Origin: a virus
Lineage: Duplodnaviria > Caudoviricetes
Virus record (IMG/VR): IMGVR_UViG_3300020044_008144
Location: 1-30,021 of that record
Length of the DNA stretch: 30,021 bases
Strand: one strand, 5' to 3'
Part shown: piece after piece, positions 25,606-30,021 of the stretch
Layout: every line of letters starts with the position of its first letter
Numbering within the stretch: the stretch's first letter is position 1
Notes under the pieces: model-generated
Databases searched by the model: none
Told to the model about the DNA's origin: nothing
The model's input: the letters and a program-made list of their open reading frames with translations, nothing else
Position numbers and translations under genes: made by a program

Positions 25606-28347
25606 CTACCTGCCTCCTTTTCGATTGCTCTTGTGCTGCGTCGTGAATCCACGCAAGCCACGCTCGGGAAGATACTCGCCTGATGTCTGGGCAGTAATCT
25701 CGGAATGAGATTTTGCGGAAGAAATTGTTGAGTTCAGCATCGAATCGGCAGAAAAGAGGGCATACCTCATTCCGTCGACTTGGTGATCATTCTTCTTGAG
25801 CGGGCTTCTCGGTGCATCTTTTGGATTGCGTCCAGCCTTTGCTTTCGGATCTGCCCCACGCATCCATCGGTAGGTCTTCATTTGCTGGACAAGTTTAGGG
25901 CAGTTGTAACGGTGGATGAATAGCTTTGGCTCCATTCGAATCTTCACCTTGCCGGTTTCCGGGTCGATGATCGGCATTCCTTTCTCATCCACCATCGGGA
26001 CTGGAATCTGTGGCTTTAGCAGATACTGAACGTGCTCGATCCCTTCAATGACGGAGTTCTTTCCTCGCATCATGTGAAGATTCTCCACGGCTGGATTGTA
26101 GACGCTCAGCTTATTGGCAATGCGGATGTTGTCAGGGGAAGACGGGTCACAGAAAGACGGACCATAAGCAGACGTGTCAGGCCATTCCCACTGCTCATAG
26201 ACTTGGCTCAGGTGATCGACGGTGGTTTTCGTCTGATCGTTACTGCAATACTCGTCGTAGATGAACCACTGACCTAACCCGTTGCGTGCGGCCCATGTGC
26301 AGGTGAAGTCGTTTTCCGGCCCTGCTCCCCAGTCAATACCACGGAAGTGCGTGCAGCCTTTGAGTCGTGACCAGATTTCATCTCCCATGCAGTGCGTTGC
26401 GGTATTGAATTCCTTATAGATGACACCCTCAAACGATGCAAACATGCCAAGCATTCGCACGTCTCGCATGTCTTCCGGAACCATGCCAAAAAATTCCTCA
26501 AACCACTTCGCATCAACGTGACCAGCTTCCATCGCACACATGGTGTTCGCATGGTAAATCTTCCAGTTCTTTGGCAGGTATCTCAGGCCGGGCTGTCTGC
26601 CAGTCTCAGGCTCGTACCCGTTCTCTATCATCTCTTCGATGTCGATTGATAGGTCTGGATCTACTGGCGTGTATTCAACCAGCTTACTGCCGGGGAAGTT
26701 ATACTCGCGGCAACCTCGCAAGACTTCCTCGAATACACCCCAAGGGAATTGCTCGACAAAGGCAAAACCGCCGATCGCCTGAGCCATCATAGCTCCGATG
26801 CCCTGCTCATACGATCTGAATTCCAGCATCCAGTTATTGCCCTTTGCGTCGGGCTTCAGAGGGACCGAATAGGGTAGTCTCTGCTTTGACTTGTACCAGC
26901 CGACACGCGGCCAGTCGACATCCTTGTCGAGTATATGCCCCTGCCCGTACAGCTTTTCCTTCCAGCAGGTTTTCGTCACCTGATCGTAAGACTTGGCAAT
27001 AACCCAAAACGGAGTATCCGGCCTTGGCGGTGGCGTCTCGTAAATGAATCGAGCGACCTTAGCCAGAAGCGTTGTCGTTGTGTTGTGGTTCCATACTCCA
27101 GCCATCCAGTAATTTTCGTACTCCGGGACGTGGAAGTCCCAGTATGAATCTCGACGAATGAATTCAATGGAGGTAATATATGCGGGTTTAGATTCCGTTT
27201 CCCCCGAAAGGATTAGACAAGATGGCGACACAGAGGAAGCCTTGGCCGATTGCAGACATGATTCGCATGTACGATGCAGGCAAGAGCCTTGAAGAACTGG
27301 CTGAGGTTCTTCGCTCGGAAGAGTGGCAGCAATACTGGATTCAGCACACTGGTACGAATTACTACCCATCTCAGAAGGTAGTAAACAAGGTAATGAAGAA
27401 ACATCATATCCTTCGCGGTCGAGGTGCACCGGGCGAACGCAACGGATCCTGGAAAGGCGGCGTGCGTGTCGATCGTCGCGGCTATGTTCTTGTTTACAAA
27501 CCTGATCATCCCTTTGCAGCCTCAAACGGGTGCGTTCGGATGCATCGACTCGTTGCAGAAGAGAAGCTAGGCCGTTACCTGACTCAGGATGAGGTTGTTC
27601 ATCACAAGGATGAAGATCCCGGCAACAACAGTCCGGAAAATCTGATGGTCTACGAGACGAATGCAATTCACATTGCTGAAACGCTTTCTGGCAGGTCAAC
27701 AGACGGGCAAAAGAAAGGTCTGTCGCGTGCTCACGCCACGAAGCGGCAGAAGTTCGATGCGGATAAATACTGGCCGTTTGACCTTCTCGACTCACTTCGT
27801 GCAGATGGTCTGTCGACGTATCAGATTGCCGATCTGATGGAGTGTGATCGCCGCACTGTGTCACGCCATCTGAAGCGGCATGGACTGCCTGAGAATGTTG
27901 TAAAAACTGGCGTGATAACTGACCATCATCGCGAACAATGTCGCCAATTTCTCGCCAGCCTTCAGCAGTCAGAAGACGATGCCCAAGCGTTGCACGAAAT
28001 ATCTGCCCATTAGACAGGGTGATTTCGTACAAATCTTCCGTGCCGTAGATTCGCGGTTGTTCTGCTTTTGTGACAACCGCACGGCCATCTTTGCTTCGTG
28101 CGATCACATGGAAGTCAGATTTGATATCTGAAACTGTGCGGTAGCAAGATTCTATTGGGTCAAAAACCAACTGTTCGGCAGCTAGGCAACCCGCCCCGTT
28201 GCCCCCAATCATCCAACCTACACCATCACCCTTACTCTCATAGAACGCCGTCTGCTCGTCGAAGCGTTCCGGCTGGTCTGGTCGTGGCGTGAAGTGCAGG
28301 TACGCCGGGAAGTCTCTGACGCTTCCTGTCTGTGATATAGCAACCAT
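25606..28347 (-). CDS. terL: Terminase large subunit, intein-containing (913 aa precursor, 544 aa spliced)
   Basis: P-loop region GGNGAG, YTP motif, RNase H-like nuclease motifs GIDWG, CDPS and NDHQVDGMRY; AAAGGA RBS. Confidence 0.9.
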   Translation of the reverse strand: MVAISQTGSVRDFPAYLHFTPRPDQPERFDEQTAFYESKGDGVGWMIGGNGAGCLAAEQLVFDPIESCYRTVSDIKSDFHVIARSKDGRAVVTKAEQPRIYGTEDLYEITLSNGQIFRATLGHRLLTAEGWREIGDIVRDDGQLSRQFLQHSQAVHAASDGVTQCGDHTPSDRQSDTSTDHLHEVSREGQTASIYPHRTSAASWREHATDLSFARLLTCQKAFQQCELHSSRRPSDFPDCCCRDLHPCDEQPHPESGNGLASLLQRVDASERTRLRLQRDDQVCKQEHSRDDRHARRLSRIRCVRPVHLDREGYDVSSLPCLLPSEMGSNSYQCAESSIAATLPSEEPQPVLQGSCLHRTCESCLQSAKASSVSPSCLILSGETESKPAYITSIEFIRRDSYWDFHVPEYENYWMAGVWNHNTTTTLLAKVARFIYETPPPRPDTPFWVIAKSYDQVTKTCWKEKLYGQGHILDKDVDWPRVGWYKSKQRLPYSVPLKPDAKGNNWMLEFRSYEQGIGAMMAQAIGGFAFVEQFPWGVFEEVLRGCREYNFPGSKLVEYTPVDPDLSIDIEEMIENGYEPETGRQPGLRYLPKNWKIYHANTMCAMEAGHVDAKWFEEFFGMVPEDMRDVRMLGMFASFEGVIYKEFNTATHCMGDEIWSRLKGCTHFRGIDWGAGPENDFTCTWAARNGLGQWFIYDEYCSNDQTKTTVDHLSQVYEQWEWPDTSAYGPSFCDPSSPDNIRIANKLSVYNPAVENLHMMRGKNSVIEGIEHVQYLLKPQIPVPMVDEKGMPIIDPETGKVKIRMEPKLFIHRYNCPKLVQQMKTYRWMRGADPKAKAGRNPKDAPRSPLKKNDHQVDGMRYALFSADSMLNSTISSAKSHSEITAQTSGEYLPERGLRGFTTQHKSNRKGGR
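27151..27179 (+). promoter_or_regulatory. Candidate sigma70-like promoter for the antisense HNH gene
   Basis: TCGACG-17 nt-TAATAT, ~40 nt upstream of ATG 27222; RBS AAAGGA at 27207-27212. Confidence 0.45.
27222..28013 (+). CDS. HNH homing endonuclease with HTH domains, nested antisense inside the intein
   Basis: N.SWKGG...GYVLVYKPDHP...MHRLVAE..LGR.L...EVVHHKD....NN.PENL (HNH_3-like); C-terminal HTH GLSTYQIADLMECDRRTVSRHLK; RBS present. Confidence 0.92.
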   Translation: MATQRKPWPIADMIRMYDAGKSLEELAEVLRSEEWQQYWIQHTGTNYYPSQKVVNKVMKKHHILRGRGAPGERNGSWKGGVRVDRRGYVLVYKPDHPFAASNGCVRMHRLVAEEKLGRYLTQDEVVHHKDEDPGNNSPENLMVYETNAIHIAETLSGRSTDGQKKGLSRAHATKRQKFDADKYWPFDLLDSLRADGLSTYQIADLMECDRRTVSRHLKRHGLPENVVKTGVITDHHREQCRQFLASLQQSEDDAQALHEISAH

Positions 28348-28378
28348 CCTTGGTTCCTTTGGTTATGTTATTTCAAAC

Positions 28379-28556
28379 GCGGAGTTCCGATCCGATGTTG
28401 ATCTGATGGCAGCACAGGAAGAATCTGGGCCATGTTAAGGAGTGATTCAGGGTCCGCACACGACCGTTTCCGGCTACGGCTCCTACTCAGTTTTCTGATC
28501 ACTCCATCATCGTCCCAGATTCCTGCTGTGCTGCGCCTATCGGCATGGTTAACCGC
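28379..28556 (-). ncRNA. Candidate ~180-nt rod-like structured RNA upstream of terL
   Basis: Nested stems of 9, 11 and 8 bp plus an inner GAAA-capped hairpin; G-U pairs favour the minus strand. Confidence 0.55.
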
Positions 28557-28558
28557 TG

Positions 28559-28771
28559 TTATTTCCATTCCACTTCGGGTGCGTCATCGTCTTCGCTTGG
28601 CGGCTTTGCGGCCACTAGCTCAACTTCGTCGCATTCCCAGTCTTTCCCAATCGCACACATCGCCCTCTGAAGCAATGCGGCGTCCCGGCTGGTGATCTCA
28701 TCCGGAACATTTCGGACGATCACAGTGCAGGATTCTTCCTTCACGAGCGTTACGACCAAATCACGCGGCAT
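28559..28771 (-). CDS. Small acidic hypothetical protein
   Basis: AAGGA RBS, overlaps upstream gene end. Confidence 0.55.
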   Translation of the reverse strand: MPRDLVVTLVKEESCTVIVRNVPDEITSRDAALLQRAMCAIGKDWECDEVELVAAKPPSEDDDAPEVEWK

Positions 28772-28982
28772 TGTGCGAATCCTTAACCGACAGCGCCTGC
28801 GGTGGGCACTGCTGAACCTGCTTCCTTATTTCGTCCGTCGTCGCCCCGTTCATGTTCACCCAGGGCTTTGCCTGTGGATCGAAAACGAAAGGCAGACCAC
28901 GCCAACAGGCTTCGCAGTGCTCGCACTTCTCCGAGTCCCACAGGACCGTCAAGCTGTCTTTTGTGTACTCACGCTTTGCCAT
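28761..28982 (-). CDS. YjdI/Fer4_19-like divergent 4Fe-4S protein
   Basis: Y....LTV.WD...C.HC..C.RGLP.VF....KPW.......CP..AL matches the YjdI family layout. Confidence 0.8.
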   Translation of the reverse strand: MAKREYTKDSLTVLWDSEKCEHCEACWRGLPFVFDPQAKPWVNMNGATTDEIRKQVQQCPPQALSVKDSHNAA

Positions 28983-28994
28983 GATTGAGGTTCC

Positions 28995-29324
28995 TCATTT
29001 GTTGCCGTGAAATCGAATCGCCAACTGCGTTTTCACGATCTGATTCATCAGTTTCATGTGTTCAATGATAGCCTGCGGAAACCAATCTGGAGGGTCAACT
29101 GGCAGTCTCCGCTGAATGTCAGGCAGTGCCCCCTTTGGCCTGTTCATGATCTCCGTGTACGTTCCAGGCGGATTGATTGGCTTCCAGTGAGAAATGTACT
29201 CACTGTGATTCAGCCATCCGTCTGACTCGGTGTAAGTGTCGTCAGCGACTCGCATTCCAAACGGAATCAGGACGATAACCCGCTGGCCGTCCGCCGGTCG
29301 ATGCGTTTCCATGTCGTTCCACAT
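28995..29324 (-). CDS. DUF551-like phage protein
   Basis: W......P..GQ.VIV...ISHW.P..PP pattern. Confidence 0.6.
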   Translation of the reverse strand: MWNDMETHRPADGQRVIVLIPFGMRVADDTYTESDGWLNHSEYISHWKPINPPGTYTEIMNRPKGALPDIQRRLPVDPPDWFPQAIIEHMKLMNQIVKTQLAIRFHGNK

Positions 29325-29370
29325 ATCACTCGCCCCAAAAAGACTAGAGGACAGTTATTCCGATCCTCAT

Positions 29371-29460
29371 TTGACCGGGTGGGAGTCGAACCCACAGCCG
29401 ATTCCTCGGCACCACACTCCCGGAGTCGCGTGTACTTTGCTTCTCCGACACCATCGGTCA
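29371..29460 (-). tRNA. tRNA-like element with long variable arm and aberrant anticodon arm (pseudo-tRNA)
   Basis: T arm GTGGG-TTCGACT-CCCAC; acceptor TGACCGA/CCGGTCA; D stem GTGT/ACAC; variable arm GCCGA-GGAA-TCGGC; no encoded CCA. Confidence 0.6.
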
Positions 29461-29607
29461 ACCCAACTCAGCTTTAGTTGGCATGGGATCGTTTCTAACG
29501 TAAAGGGTATCAACCTCGGAGAAAACTATTTTCCGCCGTCGATCTCAAGCTCCGGCAACCCTGATTAACGCCGCAGGGAACGCGATTCCAAATCAACAGA
29601 GGTAGCG

Positions 29608-29877
29608 TCACTCCGCGTTTGAAATGAAATCTAACACTGCTTTCAAATCCGCAATGAACTCTGGCTGCTTATCATGGCCGAAGTCACGAACCCATGCGCG
29701 TAGTCTACCTGCACAAGTTAGAAGCGGATTGATCTCGTAAATAACTGGAAGAACCTCGGTCACGTCATTGTGGTGGATCTGATACGGACTTCCGTCTGTG
29801 TCAATGATCCATTCCCCAAACATCGGCTTGCGAAATCCAGCCAACTTCCACCCATTTGGAACGCCTGTAATGCTCAT
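29608..29877 (-). CDS. Hypothetical phage protein
   Basis: GVP.GW.L.GFR.P..GEW N-terminus; AAAGG RBS. Confidence 0.6.
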   Translation of the reverse strand: MSITGVPNGWKLAGFRKPMFGEWIIDTDGSPYQIHHNDVTEVLPVIYEINPLLTCAGRLRAWVRDFGHDKQPEFIADLKAVLDFISNAE

Positions 29878-29918
29878 TTCAATAACCTTTCCAAGACGAT
29901 CGGAGTACCAGACCGCTG

Positions 29919-30021
29919 TTATTGTTCCGCCTTTGCGATGGCCGCCGCCACCTGGGCCATACGGCTTTCGCTGTCGTCAATTCGCCCGTGTTGCAGGACC
30001 ATTTTGAGCGCCTCCAGCATT
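29919..30021 (-). CDS. 3' end of a phage hypothetical protein (partial)
   Basis: Reads MLEALKMVL...AAAIAKAEQ-stop, a common C-terminal motif of small phage early proteins. Confidence 0.55.
   Translation of the reverse strand, partial: MLEALKMVLQHGRIDDSESRMAQVAAAIAKAEQ

Larger units (their letters stand above)
27082..28188 (-). mobile_element. Intein (369 aa, residues 54-422) inserted in the TerL Walker A loop
   Basis: Block A CLAAEQLV, block B GQIFRATLGHRLLT (TxxH), block F ITSIE...YWDFHV..YENY, block G HN followed by Thr +1. Confidence 0.92.
1..30021 (-). mobile_element. Tailed phage/prophage virion morphogenesis and DNA packaging region
   Basis: Co-oriented, tightly packed minus-strand genes for terminase, protease/scaffold, capsid, adaptor, tail tube, chaperones with slippery site and portal; no host housekeeping genes or att site seen. 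Confidence 0.95.

Noticed and set aside
387-27147. Numerous + strand ORFs of 60-250 aa (e.g. 16867-17610, 1649-2221, 4368-4898)
   Set aside because: Antisense shadows of real genes with no recognisable motif, unlike the HNH ORF; only 8037-8312 was retained.
28454-28495. Hammerhead ribozyme, SRP RNA or true group II intron
   Set aside because: CTGA and GAAA are present but not as CUGANGA in hammerhead topology; no SRP loop motif; no other intron domains or reverse transcriptase.
28368-28568. 66-aa ORF as small terminase
   Set aside because: No HTH or coiled-coil features; it coincides with a long inverted-repeat structure that better explains the sequence.
29267-29461. 64-aa ORF
   Set aside because: Overlaps the tRNA-like element and the next gene; likely a shadow.
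28552-29921. TAACAGCGGT after two stop codons (28552-28561, 29912-29921) as attC-like cassette ends
   Set aside because: Only a 10-bp match in two copies; no convincing attC box pairing or integrase in the window.
1-30021. Host assignment (e.g. Planctomycetota) and alternative genetic code
   Set aside because: Host impression rests only on style (Cys-rich genes, AAGGA RBS) and cannot be supported; genes read through normally in the standard code, so no recoding is indicated.

Overview
The whole window looks like the morphogenesis/packaging region of a tailed dsDNA phage or prophage, transcribed almost entirely on the minus strand. No tail sheath is visible, so it is probably siphovirus-like, with Mu-like head genes. 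In transcription order (right to left): small early-type ORFs, a tRNA-like element, a DUF551-like ORF, a YjdI/Fer4_19-like 4Fe-4S protein, a ~180-nt structured RNA candidate and the large terminase. Next come a KTSC-domain protein, protease/scaffold, decoration protein, major capsid, gp36-like adaptor, tail tube, G/GT chaperones (-1 frameshift), a short tape measure, tail-tip genes, a Cys/GS-rich protein and a double glycosyltransferase. A displaced giant portal and an ADP-ribosyltransferase-like protein follow. Main oddities: (1) the terminase intein has no in-frame endonuclease but carries a complete HNH endonuclease gene on the opposite strand, with its own RBS and possible promoter, while the intein frame stays open; (2) the portal is fused to a sigma-70-like domain and a pyrophosphatase-like domain, and recurring [DE]-[KRQ]-Y and HPR..GQF motifs suggest protease-released capsid cargo; (3) non-canonical Walker motifs in TerL; (4) an identical 22-bp palindrome in three copies; (5) AGGA-loop RBS hairpins. 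All family assignments come from motif recognition by eye; no searches were run.
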